Positions 13,421 through 27,059 of a stretch of DNA of 64,000 nucleotides are shown one piece after another. The translations under genes and the position numbers were made by a program. Origin of the DNA: Botryllus schlosseri (taxonomy: Eukaryota); contig CM119371.1 in assembly GCA_051294905.1 (NCBI GenBank), positions 16,866,001 through 16,930,000 on the forward strand, read 5' to 3'. The notes below the pieces were generated by a model. The model worked only from the letters and a program-made list of their open reading frames with translations. It ran no database searches and was not told the DNA's origin. Numbering within the stretch: position 1 is the first letter of the stretch; every line of letters begins with the position of its first letter.

Positions 13421-14032
13421 CCTGAATAAACAGTGAACACAGCTTGTATCAACAATTGGGATTGACATAAGTTGTTTACACAAGCCTGGATTAGTTCAAA
13501 CATCACATTATTCATCGATTTCGCGAAAATATCGACTAGTTTACAAATGTTAGTCTATAGCAGTGGTCTCAAACACGCGGCCCGCGAGAACATTTTGTGC
13601 GGCCCGCGACGACATTTTGTAATTTCAAGTATTCGACAATTTATTCAAGTGCCACATATATTTTTTCGATATCAGAACTTGATGTTCACCATAACACTAC
13701 TATAAAACTCACTGAAATCGCAACAAATTACGCTATATATCACATCTCTTTTAAAGGCTACCATGCGGTGGAAGATCAGCTATTACGTCACATTTCTAGA
13801 TCATGATAATAAAACATGGCCCGTTGTTGATTCGCGACTGAAAATTGTTATTTGGTTTGGTGCGACCTTTCGTAAGATTACTCGATTCCGAATTGACTGG
13901 GTGATTAAATAAAAATGACTACAGTTGAGTCGGGTCAAACGTTAGAATCAGAGAAGAACTTGCGACTTGCGACGGAATGGTGACTTCGTAATGAAACTGT
14001 CATGGGGAATAGTAATATATCAAAAGGTTTAA

Positions 14033-14298
14033 TTGTTTTGGGGTATTCGTGGTGTTTGTCGACTACTATGGTCATTTACACCAGGCCGATATTCTTCTTA
14101 TTTTCCGAGACTGCCGACTTATAGCACGGCCCACCTCTAGGCTTTTGTAAAACACCGCTGACGCGGATGAGGTGGCGAGGAGGAGCCTAGGTAAACCTCC
14201 AACACTTAGGTATCGGAATTCGGAAGTCGACCTCGGTCGGACTCGAACCCGCACCCATTGGTGTTGCAGCCGCGGATTATACTACTGCGCGATCTCGC
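14033..14298 (-). mobile_element. tRNA-derived SINE family A
   Basis: Closely matches 7880-8546 once that copy's MITE is removed. A and B boxes present. Confidence 0.87.
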
Positions 14299-15071
14299 GA
14301 CCGCTGCGTAGGGTATATAGCTATATAATCATGCCAGTATGGCAACAATCGGCATTATGTAATCCACGTGACGTATAGTTACTTACATGCTTGGTGTTGT
14401 TTGTTCTACTTATCCCTGTTATTATCGGTGGTGAGTAAGGTAGTATTACGCTCCACAGCTGTAACATCAATAAATTCATCGGCGATTGGACATTTCTATT
14501 CTAGGCGTTCTCAACCAGGGTCCGTAGACCCCTTCGAGGTGCGAAGCACCACATCAGGGGGTACGAGATGCATTGTGGATTTAGGCCTGTATGCCGTGGA
14601 ATGGCCAATTTATTCAACTGGAAAATGGTCTTCGCGCTATGTACGCGCGACTTCATGTGAATGGGCTTTCTGATTTTATTATAGGTACCACTAGAAATTG
14701 TGTTGCAAATGGACAGAGCCTACGAGAAATGTTATTGGAAGCACAGGCGGTACGATCGGTATGGTTAAGAAACAATCCTATTACTATGGCTCAATAATGA
14801 TTATATTTAAGTTGCTTTTGATATGTTCCAATAATAATCGAAGGCAAAATCCAACGCTGATTTAATTTGGCTTTGGCAATGGCAGTAACAATAGCCAACT
14901 AATCACGACTATATCAAAACCCGGATTAGGCTACACCGCTCAAATGCACTGATATCAGATCAATCTTCAGTAGATTTTAAGATATTCTATATAAAATTGT
15001 GGCACGTCAAAGTTCCTCTAGTTGCAATGTTATTACCCGACAGTTTGACGATGTCATGACTCATGATGCAT

Positions 15072-15648
15072 TATAGATAACTAACCTACGGATAGATACG
15101 CAACACCCGTCGTCACGCTTGCTTGCCCGGAGGGAATTACTGCTCAGCAATCTGAACGCAGCATAATTGCTAATCCCAAAGCTGATGACCTGAGCGCTCA
15201 AATTGAATAAAGTTGATCTTATTTGAAAGCTACTGTCGCATTGATTTCGAAAATATACATTAAAATCTGATCAGGGCAGCGGAAACCACTTAAAATTCAC
15301 CTCAAAGTCTGAAAATCTGCATTGTTGTAAAAAATCGCAACCATGCAAGGCTCATTGTCATGGTCTTTGTGCTACGTCTCTACCATTGTTAGCAACAATG
15401 CCGATTTTCAGACTTTGAAGGCTATTTCGAGCTAGTTCCGTTCCCCTAATGAACTTTTAATGTAGATTTTCCGAATCAACGCGACAGTAGCTTTCACATA
15501 AGATCAACTCTATTTAATTTGAGCGCGTAGGTCGTCAGCTATGGGATTAGCAAATATGCTGCGTTCAGATTGCTGAGCACTAATTTCCTCCGGGCAAGAG
15601 AGCGTGACGACGGCTGTTGCGTATCTATCCGTAGGTTAGTTATCTATA
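15072..15648. mobile_element. Foldback MITE with very long inverted arms, possibly P superfamily
   Basis: tatagataactaacctacggatag... is inverted at the other end over more than 200 bp. 7-bp TSD gatgcat. Confidence 0.85.
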
Positions 15649-16419
15649 GATGCATCCTCTCGCATGATGTCTATAACCCAATATTTTAACCTTTTTTTCC
15701 CGGCCTAAAAACAATTTTATTCAAATATTTGAAAATGTGATTTTTTCCGTGTCAAGCGTGAATAGTACAGTAGTAAATTACATTTTCACAATGTTTGTGG
15801 AATGCCTTTCTGCAAGCCCCCGTCAAATAAGCCCTACTTAGATATTATACATTGAATGTCGCTATTATTGAAGCTGCGGCCCGCGGCGTCATCAAAAACT
15901 AGGAAATTGGCCCGCGAGCACATTCGAGTTTGAGACCTCTGGTCTATAGGTAGGTATATTTGCTAAGTGATGTGTCAGCAGTGTAGCACTCTGATAAGTT
16001 ATTTCTCATAAATCAACTCAACATATTGAAAGAAATCAACTGTATTTTAAAATATATTTCCATTATCGCAAGCACAAGGCATATGCTAATATATATCACA
16101 GCAATTAGACATCTAAATATATAGATGTGAAGCAGTGGTTCGTAACCGTGTCTCCAGCGCCCCCAGGGGGCAATATGGATTTTTAGGAGGGCAAAAACGC
16201 CCAGCGGGCAATATGGAGGGGTCCTGGGTCCAGGGGGCAGTGTGGGGGGAGCTCAACCCTCGCAGTAGATGGTGCAGTATTACAATGACATATAATTATA
16301 TAGTAGAATAATAGCTCTATACATTGGTGAGTTCTCATTGCAAACTCAACAAAATCGGCCAAATCACAACTTTTATCGTTGCACTCATCGCGAAATATCC
16401 ACCGATGATGTTTCCGTGA

Positions 16420-16638
16420 GAGAGATCAGATTTATTTCCGCCTGTGCCATTGAGATGATTTGACGATGGAGATGCGATACAACTTATTTTCTCCCCAATG
16501 CTATCCCTGGATGCTCAGCCTAGCTGGATATTCGCGGACACCAGTTTTCGAGTTTCTGTTCTGACCTGGCCGGGGATTCAACCCACGACCTATCGATTGA
16601 GAGGCCGGACGCACAACCATTACACTATCTCGCTCGGT
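16420..16638 (-). mobile_element. tRNA-derived SINE family B
   Basis: Head accgagcgagatagtgtaatggtt...gtgggttgaatccccggcc, related to 58245-58583. 3' boundary approximate. Confidence 0.75.
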
Positions 16639-18580
16639 GAATGCAGTGGTTTTTTTTTAATTCATTTATAATTGAATTGCCACGTTAAAACACAGCCGTC
16701 CCGTTTCGACACCTCGCTATCTTTTCATTGTGTCGCAGTCTTCTGGTGTTTTGAAATGATGAACATATAAATAAACTGATACTGATACTGATAGCTCGGG
16801 TTATTTTCCACAAAATGTTTTTAACTAGGTATTGTATCCTAGAGCGCACTGCCTGTCGAAATTGAAAAGGCACTGTACTGTACAGCTTTCGAGAGTGATG
16901 CAACTTGCACATTAAAGATGTTTTGAGGAATTTTGGTCAAAATGATTAACTAAATATACTTGTATTTGCGAGCTACATAATTAAATCGTTAGAATATTTC
17001 TTCATCGTATCATAAAAGTTGATAATTAGTGTCGTGATCCACATTCATGTTAAAGTTGCAAGCTTGGTGAAGTAAGTAAGCTTGGTCTCCCGCTCGTGTG
17101 CCAGTTTAGAGGGCCATAATGGCATACGTCATCACCTCAGCAATTCCATAGAATCGGAGGATCTTCGCCAAGGCTAACTGAGCCAAATGCTTTCGCGAAG
17201 TCGACACGACGCCCACAACATTCTTTTTAATTGAGCGGCAAGTGTCAATGATTGTAAGCCGTGCCAGGATGTGCTCTGTTGTATCGCGGGAGGGCCGAAA
17301 TCTATTCTGAAGATTCAGGAACTTGGTAGACAGTTGCTCATTCAGGAGCAGTACTCGGTAGAACAGACTAGACGCCGTGTGCATGAAGGAGATGTCTATG
17401 TAGTGTGCTGGGTCACTCGCTGCGCCGTTCTATTAGATCGCCACGAGTTCGATCTCGAGCCACTGGGGCAGCACCATGCCGCCTTCGAGGACGCCATTTA
17501 TGACGTCGAGGAGCAACGGTGCAACGCCCGACGGTTCAACGCCTATGCAGCCATTGCGATGGCTTTCGTGCCGATGCCCTTGAATTGTGGTACTGCACGC
17601 GTGGCTGTCTTGCGCTCATCTACGGTGCTCAGGGTTGTTTTAATCGCTAGAGGATTTGCTGCTAGTGAAGACGGTGCCACGAGCACATGGATGCCTGGTG
17701 CAGGTGTGGATAAGAGGTTCTCGAAGTGTGCGACGAGGTCTTCCGTACAGGCCTTCACGCGGGTCCTCTTAGATCCATCTAGTTATTCACCGATGGCTTT
17801 CCAGGCTGCTCTTCATCGGCCTGCTTCCAATTCATTTTTCACGTTAAAAGCAATAGCTTCGACTCTTCCTTGCGAACAGTGTTGTTACCGTGGGTTAGGC
17901 AGAGCATTGCATCGTTATCATCGAAATATGCTTCCAGTGTTCCAGAGGTGCACGCGGCACGTCTGAGAGCCACGAGGTTCTGGCGCGCACTGAGCACTAC
18001 CGGGTCAGATTCCCAGGAAAATTTTGGCAGTGACGTGCTACGGGCCTCATCGAGCGTTTCACGGGCTTCATCCTTGACTGCTGCCACAAACGGCGCAATG
18101 GTGGTCTGTATTTTGGATCTTGAGGACGTGGAGTGGTGCATGATAAAGACATTCATGCGTCCTTGAGATCAAACCAATTTGGTAGGGGATCTCTCAGTAC
18201 ACGCTTCGCGGCGAACTGGGGGCTTCCACAAAGCGTGGCCAACCGCATGCGGTGGTCACTCCTGATCGTTAGCATGAGCACCGTCCCAAAGTTCGTGAAG
18301 TGACGCCGTGAGGAAGCTTTGCAGCAGATATAATCCCGCCGTGTGTTGCGTTGGCGCATACCGTTAAATGTCGTCCTGCGCTTCGGCTTCATATGGAAGT
18401 TAGCGTTGAGAGGGATGAGATCGCAGCGGTCGAGTAGATTGGTAAAATGCTCAGAGTTGCTGTTAAAGTGGCCAGCTGGGAAGCGAATTCGCTGCGAGCG
18501 CTCTGCCAGCGTGGCATTCATGTCCCCAAGCAACATGGTTATGTCGCGCTTCGAGTAGGAGGAGATAGTACCTTCTAATT

Positions 18581-20178
18581 CAGGGGTGTCAAACATTCGA
18601 CCGACCGCTGGCCGCATCCGGCCCGCCAGACCATTTCATCCAGCCCGCTAGGTCAGTCTGACTAAATTGAAAAGTCGTGTATTATACAGCGCATTTCTGA
18701 TAGAAGTAAATGTCAAACATGTTCATCGGCCAAATTATAACCATCTGACGATAGTGTTGAGTTTTCACTCAAGTATTCAGCAGGATCACGTCGGTGTATT
18801 GACACGACATTGTGGAGAGGCAAAAAAAGTGCACACTCGGTTCAGAGTCTTTTTGGAGAAAATGGACCAAATAATAGTTATTCACAGAAGGCGGAAAAGA
18901 CAATCCAAAACCGGCACATGTAAAATACAAGTAGACATGTAGCTACAAGAAGAATAAAATTCAAATATATCTGGTCGCACTGCTGCTTATGTTACTCAGA
19001 CCCAAAAGGACGCAACCCCAATCTGCAGAGAAATCGAATGGTGAATTGGTGATTTTGAAAATGATTAACGAAATTCCAGCCCCTTCGTTTACAATCTCTT
19101 ACATTCCCCACCGCGAATACGCAGGTCCAATGATGCATCACGATTAAAGCAATAAGGAGAATAATGAAATATTTCAGCTTATATCGCCGTTGGAGACTAT
19201 GTTTTAAGTCAGTGGTTCCCAACCTTTTTCGTCTTGTGCCCCCCTTGGCCGATATTTGAGCTAAAATCCCCCCTATGAAAAAGTTGCCTTTGACTAAAAA
19301 AGGTGCTTTCTAACGCACAACCATTTGTTGACTCAGCAATTAATGGCCAAACATATTCAGATTAGATATGTCCGAACTATATCGAATTCGGACCGCACTA
19401 CACTGTGGTAAAGTACCGTTAAATTTGACCTGTTTTTGCCGGTCGAGTAGCCGCTGACGAAAAATAAATCCGCTTGCTATGGACTTGAGTTGAATCGATG
19501 AATTTGGTATGTGGTTTTTCACGTTACCTCATATGTTGGCTTAAAAAGTTGAAAAATTTCACTAGTGGCCTTGTGCCGAATTCGGCTAGACTTTTTAGCT
19601 TAGTGGCATTTTGATCGAGAGGCTGTCGCGGGCCCGACGAAATCGTTTCGTGAGCCTCACTTTATCAGGGGGTGTAGTATCTACGGAAGGCATACAAACA
19701 TACACCTAGCTTAAAATCCGCCAAAGAAACATACAATTGTAAAGAACTAATTTCTACTTGACAGTTCTATACCATAAAAATCTAAAAACCTCGTGAACCC
19801 AGTGTATCTTCCGATACAATGCCAAAGCCAGATTCTACATTAAAAATTTAAGCCAGATTCCCCCCTAAAAGTTTTAAAATTCCCACCGAATGGGAACCAC
19901 TGTTTTAAGTGGTTTATAACTGTATTCAATTGACCAATCATCGCATTTTGCCAATTCCATTGTTTGTGAGTAATGGTGTTTCTAGAATAGAGCCCATATG
20001 ATTCGTGATATAGGTCTAATATGTAATGATATTTTGCACAGCAGTTGATAACAAAGCATTCCAATGAAAAACAAAGGTATGTATTTTGAGTTAACATTTT
20101 GGATCATTTGACTCGTCCGGCCCGCAAGTGATCAAAATTTGTGAATCTGGAACGCGACCGTTGAGGTTGACACCCCTG
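18581..20178. mobile_element. hAT MITE inserted in the LINE endonuclease
   Basis: TIR caggggtgtcaa/ttgacacccctg, TSD ttctaatt/ttctagtt. Confidence 0.87.
19210..19882. mobile_element. hAT MITE nested in 18581-20178
   Basis: TIR cagtggttccca/tgggaaccactg, perfect TSD ttttaagt. Confidence 0.88.
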
Positions 20179-20668
20179 TTCTAGTTGGTCGTAGAAGGCG
20201 AGCGTATCAGTTGGGAAGGCAGTGGTGTTCGGAGATGTTGCCCGATACGCACACATTAGGTGTAGTTTGCGGCGATCGAGTGGAATACTGGTTGTGATAA
20301 TCCGGCTGTTTACTGTTTATAACGTAAATACTTGCCTCAGCGTTGAAACGTCCGGACATGATTAGACCGACGCCTCCGACTCCGCCTTGGTTGGCAGATT
20401 ACTGGACCATGATGATGCCTGCGCCTAGGTCTTTATCGTGGAATGAATCAGTGAAGTGCTGGAGATGTTCTTGGATTGCCAATGCATCAATCTTGAGGTC
20501 AGTCACAATTGCGACTGATTCTTCCTGGCGCCACACAGAGTTCAGATTTCTTGTGTTCAGAGTTCCAAGTTTAACCTTTGCTCTTAGGCTAATTCTCGAG
20601 GGCACCGCCCGGCAGACCCCGTTCATTCTATTAATATTGTACCACTCGGTGAGTACGCAGTTCCTTAA

Positions 20669-21070
20669 GGGGCACTGCAATCTAAAAATGATGTGGTCTC
20701 AAATTGTAGCGCAAAACGAAATATTTTGGTTGCAGTCGTTTCTTCTGAACGCCACCGTAATGGAGCTGCAATGTATTGAAATTTCCACAGTTGCATCACG
20801 CTCCAGCAGTCACGCAAGGATCGGACTTTATATAGTTGTCAGCCGATGTTATGAAGGAAATAGAATACACTAGGCCCGATTTTGACATAAATCTCGTAAG
20901 TGGACATCTTCCGTTGAACGCGGTATCTAAACCCCCTCGGCGTGTACGACATATTACCACATTGCAGCAACAATACGGTGGCGGTCTGAAGAAAACGGCT
21001 GCGGCGAAAATTTTTCTTTCGTTGACTCCTTCAATTTGAGACCACATCAATTTTACGATGCATTGGCCCT
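20669..21070. mobile_element. Kolobok-like MITE
   Basis: Flanked by TTAA on both sides, purine-purine termini, ~35-bp imperfect TIR containing gatgtggtctcaaattg. Confidence 0.78.
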
Positions 21071-21269
21071 TTAAGGTAGTAGAGTCTTCGACTCATACTT
21101 TGCGACTTGGTCTACTATGTCTACTGCCTATATACTGCGCTGCACGTCCGAGTTGTACGTAATCATTACAGGCAATCAGCTGGTGAAGCGATAAATACAC
21201 GTCTGCACTCGGCCACTGACTTTAGTGACTATGCTTGTCATAGCAACTGCTCGAAATAGCCCCTGTATC

Positions 21270-22505
21270 CAGAGGTGGTCAAAGTAGTCAAGAAATCTAC
21301 TCAAGTACAAGTAGAAGTACTTGTTTCATAAGCAACCTGAAACTACTTGAAGTAGAAGTAGATTTGTCTGACTTTGAAAGTACTCAAGTAAGTAAGTAGT
21401 TTACAAAATGATCCTGATTGGATCGGTTATAAAAAGGTAAAATTGAGCTATGTGATAGGTGACGAGCTTGATTCATATTGATGCATAACAGCAGGTATCC
21501 AATTTTCGATAGCATGAGCATTCGCCCACATCGTGGGATGAAAGTGATAGTATTGATAACGAAATGCGATGCTAATCCTCTGTTTTATCCAACAGCGCGT
21601 TTTGGGAAATAGCATGGCCATCCCCCATATTATAAGGCCCGCATTTTAGTCGAAGAACAATACGGAGAAGTTGTATAGGATACGGTGTAAACACTTTGCG
21701 CGACTACTAAACGTTAATAAGAAATATGGTGGACCGTAAAAATGCCATATTGCGTAGCTTTATTTCTAGAAATTAAAGGCATTACTGCACTTGCTTTTAT
21801 ACTTCAACATGTATGTTATCCAGACAGAAGAACTGATATTAATTATAACTTAAAGTATATGATGCTGGGAATAGAAAGTGGAATATTAATACTACTTCTA
21901 AAAGCAGAATATGTATTTCATGTTTTTAGTCCAGAAAGTTACAAAGGTGGTATGCTAAAAAAGCTCTAAAACTAAAAAAAGTCCACTCTTCCAGATTAGG
22001 ACACGCCATATGGACATGCTAAATTACGATATGACAAGAAAATGCTAGATTGCGAAACATTAGTTTCAAACGTTATGATGAGCCATATATACTGTGATGA
22101 ATTATTTTATATGGGCGAAGGGCGAAAATGGGGCGTGAGCGGAACCACGCCAACCCTCCACCTAAATTATATTCACCGATACTTTCGTGAAATGATACTG
22201 GTTACTCCGTAACCCCTGCGCGCGAAGCGCGACGAAAATTCTGGGCTCTACTAAACTTTTATGAAAATTAAATGTTAAAACTCCGTGAAAACAGCTCCGA
22301 AATTCCTCAGGCTATCTTCCTGATTGAAAGATTGAACTACTTCTACTTGACAAACTGAAAATAGCGACAAGTAAGTAAGTAGATCACAAAATATTAGGAA
22401 GTAGAAGTAGCGAAAATCAGATCTACTTGAGTAAGTACCAGAAGTAGAGTAAAACTACTTGAGTACTTCGAAAAAGTAGAAGTACTTCGTTACTGACCAC
22501 CTCTG
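21270..22505. mobile_element. hAT MITE with AAGTAG/CTACTT repeats
   Basis: TIR cagaggtggtca/tgaccacctctg, perfect TSD cctgtatc. Confidence 0.9.
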
Positions 22506-22932
22506 CCTGTATCACAGTAACAGAGATTTAGTTTTCACCTATTTGTGGTCTCTTCAGTGACCGTTAGTCGCAGTGATACATAATTCAATTTTACAAGTAA
22601 ACATTGCCACCGATTTGCCGCTAAAAGTATACGATTCCTCGACCGTCCAATTTTCGAATCTACTTGGGCACTCTTCGGATTATACATACTACATACATTT
22701 GAAGTTTATTTAAAAATGGAAGAAAAATAGCTATACCTATACTTTTGATTGCGTATAATTCAAGTAATTACTCGTCCGACTGACCACCTCTGAGTAAAAA
22801 TGACTGTTCATCAGCATTTAAAAGGCATTGCTTACATATGCACTAGACATGTCGCGCACAGATTAAATATTGATCCAATTTTACTGCATAATTTAATACA
22901 AGTACAGCATACCACAATTAACATTGACTTAC

Positions 22933-23535
22933 CTTCATAGCAAATTTCCCTACTAATAGTGCCAATGACGACGAATGGATGGTCATGGTGCTGTAAGTCT
23001 TCACTTTAGCAATGGCTGGAATCGATTGCGCAACGGACAGCGCATCAGCTGCGTCACAATCTACCTTCACTTTTATCGACGTGACTTTCGTCATATGATG
23101 AGCCAGAAGAGGAGCGCATTGGCGTAGTATTCGAAGATCCCTGACATCGGTAATCGGTATTCTTTTATTCTTCGTTCCAATGAACTTTCGCAGTAAATTT
23201 TGTAGACCACACAACGTGTCTTCATCTATATATTATTATCATAAATAGTGGATTCATATGGCGGTCAGGCAGATTAGCGCTTTAAGCTCACGTATATTTG
23301 ATATTGAAGTTACAGCTTTCCATTGGTCTTCGTCTGCAATGATTGCCACTCCAAGCAAAATATAATTGGGAATCTCGGTGGAAGATAGTATTTCCCGTAG
23401 AATCTTGTAGTTTTTGATTTTTTCCATTGAGAGCCAATGAAATGCAGCTAGGATATCCTGAAAAGAATTGAAATCAACATTGTATAGTTTGAGTTTAAGG
23501 TACATAGGTTTACAGATGCTTTTTAACATCTGTGC
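22933..23535 (-). pseudogene. Putative downstream exon of the NACHT/NLR gene with internal stop/frameshift
   Basis: cag acceptor near 23536 and AAG|gtaagt donor at 22933. Two adjacent Leu/Ile-rich ORFs (23529-23254, 23214-22918). Confidence 0.55.
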
Positions 23536-23676
23536 CTGGTATCAAATTAATTATAAAACCACTAATACCTCTTATCAAAGCAGTGCAAATTACTAACCGA
23601 AGGTGTAAAATGCTCAGGACATTATTATTCCACGGTATTTCGGCAGACTGTGCATAATGATGTCACATGTACGTGT

Positions 23677-24052
23677 GTGAAGCGAGTGGCGCAGTGTGCT
23701 AAGCGACACCGTCACGACTCCAATGGTTGGTGGTTCGAGTCTCGGCTCTGCCATGTTTCTATGTGTCGAAGGTTTATCTGGGCTCCTCATCGCCGATCCC
23801 GCTGTTAACGCAGCGCCTTGAAAAAGCCCAGAGGAAGAGTGAGCCGAGCTCCGAAGTCGGCAGCAGAGACCAGCAAGAGGACGCATGAAAGCGAGAGCGA
23901 ATGGAAGAGTGGATGTGCGCGAGCATGAAAGTCGCCCAGAGCATGCAAAAAGCAAAGAAACTGAACTTTACGAATGCATTGTCGTGGCGCACAAGGCCTA
24001 AACATGCGTTAAGCGCCACTGTCGTTGTTGTGTGATTATAATAATAATAATA
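23677..24052 (+). mobile_element. tRNA-derived SINE family C with (TAA)n tail
   Basis: A box gtggcgcagtgtg, B box ggttcgagtc, ataataataa tail, 12-bp TSD acatgtacgtgt/acatgtaggtgt. Confidence 0.87.
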
Positions 24053-25609
24053 ACATGTAGGTGTAGCGACGCAAGTCAATGACGGGCGAATGTCTCAAAG
24101 CCGGACTATGATGGGATCACATTTATTGATCATGGACGTTTTAGTAGCCTACTAGCCAACAAAAACGGTATTCAGGGGAATACGTATGTAAAGTATATAC
24201 TAATAAGGCCAATGTTTAATTCAGAGTATTAATAATATATTTTGATTATATAGCGGACAAGAGGTACCAAAATAACAACATGTAACGAAGTAATTGTACC
24301 AACGGGCACGTCCGAACATGTTTAATTATTAATTACGTGGCCTTCATTTTCCAAGAGAACAGCTGACTCAGCGCTACTGGTAAATCTGATTACGTGGGCT
24401 GCGAGGATAAAAAGTTTATAGCGACATATATATTCAATTACCAGCTATTAATTCATGCATTAAACAAATCTTTCCTGACCATCGAAATCACGCGACGGGG
24501 TTCTTGGGGGAGAAGTCCCAGAAGTTTGATTTATCACGCTATGGGTGCGCAAGACGTCTTTTAGGGGGGCTGACGACGTGCTGTTACGGCCCCCCTTCTT
24601 ACCCATCGTCTATATTATAGTCCTTACAATTTGGGGGGGGGCGGCGCTAGAGCACCATAATGTTTGAAAGGGGACGATGGAGGAAAAAAGGTTAAAAACC
24701 ACTGATCTACAGTATTAGCTGCTTCGACATTATGCAATTGGTATGATACTGTTGCGTTTCAAGAGGACATTGACATGGCACATTCCGAGATGAAAACACT
24801 CGCATTCCTAATGTACCTGAAAGAGAACAGCAGAGGTCACATTATATGCGATATATATGCATTATATTTTCGTTTTCTTTAAAAATTATATTTTATTGGT
24901 TTTGCTCCGTTACTACTCTGTTGTTGCATATATTACAAACTTCATTTTGTCAACAGTAATTTATTACCATGCATTAGATGTGTATTGTGGTGGATTTTAT
25001 TCTCTAATTCGGAGAGATGTTGGGGTTCCGCGAATGCCGGCATATTAGCGAAAGTGTTCCACAGGATAGTAAAGGTTAGGAACCATAGATTTATCAATTT
25101 AATGACTGTAAGAAAAGAACAGTGTGAAAAAAACAGTGATAAAAATCAAAGGTGGATCGACCGTTTACCGCGCAACGATCGATTTTGTCCACAGTGTATT
25201 GGAGAAGTGTTCTCAAATGTAATTATTTATCAAGGCGCTACATGAATATGTTGCATAATTTCTGGAATGCCCAAGTGTAGTGAATGTTTATAATGTGCAT
25301 GCCGTATTCGTAAAGCCATGTGCAAAAACATTTTTCATGAAACGCTTATGAATGGAAAAATATAAGTGAATGCAAAGACATATAGATCATTCTGTGATCA
25401 CTATGAAACTATTACCTTCAATTTTCAATGTTAAGGATTTTACCTGGCCCAGAAGCCACTGATTCAAGTGCGTGACCGTAAATATGGCTTCGGATATGAC
25501 AACACCTTGCACGTTAATGTCATGAGATACCTAACCTAGTGGCGAGATGGCCTTCGATCAGGTGATCGTGCCGAGAAAATAATTCTGCAAATATAGGCAC
25601 AACTTCGCC

Positions 25610-25875
25610 GGGGTGGCGAGATAGCGCAGTGGTGTAATCCGCGGCTGCAACACGAATGGGTTGCGGGTTGGAGTCCGACCGAGTTCGACATCAGAATTCC
25701 TATACCCAACTGTTGGAGGTTTATCTCGGCTCCTCCTCGCGAAAGCGATGTCTTACAAAAAGCCTAGAAGTGGGCCGCGCTATAGGTCGGCAGTTACGGA
25801 ATACAAATGAGGAATATCGGCGTGTTGTAAATGACCATAGTAGTCGACCAACACCATGGATACCGCAAAAACAAA
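25610..25875 (+). mobile_element. tRNA-derived SINE family A inserted in the NACHT exon
   Basis: Head ggcgagatagcgcagtgg, A-rich tail, TSD aacttcgcc/aacttctcc. Confidence 0.85.
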
Positions 25876-25884
25876 AACTTCTCC

Positions 25885-27059
25885 AGTAGTTGATATTTTA
25901 CTCACTCGAATAGCTTCGCTAATAAATCTATAACGAAGATGGTGGTCCTTTATGGTCTTTCGCGAAAATTTTCCGTGATTTGGATCAAACGTCATTGAAA
26001 TGTAATGAGCCATTGCATAAGCGTTGTTCTTATCAGAATCGCGTATTACTAAATCCACTGTTCCCCTTGTGGCTGCATCGTGTGCGGCGGCCATTACAAA
26101 CTTCATCTGGTTGCTTCCAATATTCTCATTGCGGGAATGGTGTGCGCCGAAGTAGTCTATCGCATCAACAAGAATTTCTATAGCGGACATTGTTTCGTTC
26201 TCTTTGATTTGACCTGCCAGGTGTATCAGCAGAGCCGGCGTCTTGCACATGTCTTTTATATATGGATAAGAATACAGAATTAGACCAACACGTTGCCGCT
26301 CGCCAATGAGTCGTACGAGGATATCCATCACGTCCTTTTTGTCGAAGCCCACGATGTTGACGATTTGTACGGTCATGACATTTGGATATTTACGAAGCCA
26401 TTGTGGCGTCGTAGTACAGATTACCCACATCCCTTTGTAGATGTTGCACCGAAGAAGGTTAATTATTATGGAAAGGGGGTGTTCTGGTTCGTCTATTCTT
26501 ATCTTTGCTGCTATATTTGAGTCACTCTCGTCTACGTCAATGTCGTCAATAACGACTACAACTTGAGTTGGATTATCAGCTATCCATTTCTCTAAGGTTT
26601 TTGATGTTTCTTCAGTTTTTAAAATATTGTGGAATTGATCCCTAAACAACAGATCAAATGCTCGGTATTTCCTTTTCCAGTTAATGTCATCTCGTTTAAT
26701 GAACACGGTAAGTTTGATATCTGAGGGTCCGACAATTTCACCTCTCATAGCTCGATTCGCATACTTTATTGCAGTGGTAGTCTTCCCGTACCCTGGCCCG
26801 CCTACCAGTAGCACCGTTGTTGAGGTTTGGTCATTCGGACATTGATGTACCGTCTCCAGCGACACTGCGTTGTGTACCTCCCTTTCTTCCTCACTAGCCT
26901 TATTCGCACTATTTTTCCTCCATTTCCCAAATGCCAAGCGTCGATAACCGATGTCGTACTCATTCTTAAGTAGTGTGAGATCGATTTGTGAATGGTCGTT
27001 TTGCTCCTTTAGGTTTTCAACTTTCTTTTTCGTCTCTTCGTTAATCTTATGCCCGATAC
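25885..27059 (-). CDS. NACHT NTPase exon of an NLR-like gene (probably pseudogenised)
   Basis: Walker A VLLVGGPGYGKT, Walker B VVVVIDDID, sensor VICTTTP, IVGF and MCKTP motifs. Frame is open upstream to the phase-1 acceptor acag|GT at 27059. Confidence 0.88.

Larger units (their letters stand above)
13561..15941 (-). mobile_element. hAT MITE (CAGAGG family) carrying a nested SINE and a foldback element
   Basis: TIR cagtggtctcaaac/gtttgagacctctg, perfect TSD gtctatag. Confidence 0.88.
17080..20660 (-). mobile_element. Decayed RTE-like LINE (APE endonuclease plus start of reverse transcriptase)
   Basis: Motifs KLGTLNTRNL..IDALAIQEH, LLGDMNA, DYI..SDHR and RFRPSRDTTEHI. Frameshifted and interrupted by MITEs. 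Confidence 0.85.

Noticed and set aside
17271..17966. 231-aa plus-strand ORF
   Set aside because: Antisense shadow of the GC-richer RTE-like LINE.
25780..26937. Bacterial STAND/anti-phage ATPase or single-exon gene
   Set aside because: The listed start is TTG within a frame open to a splice acceptor, and there is no operon context.
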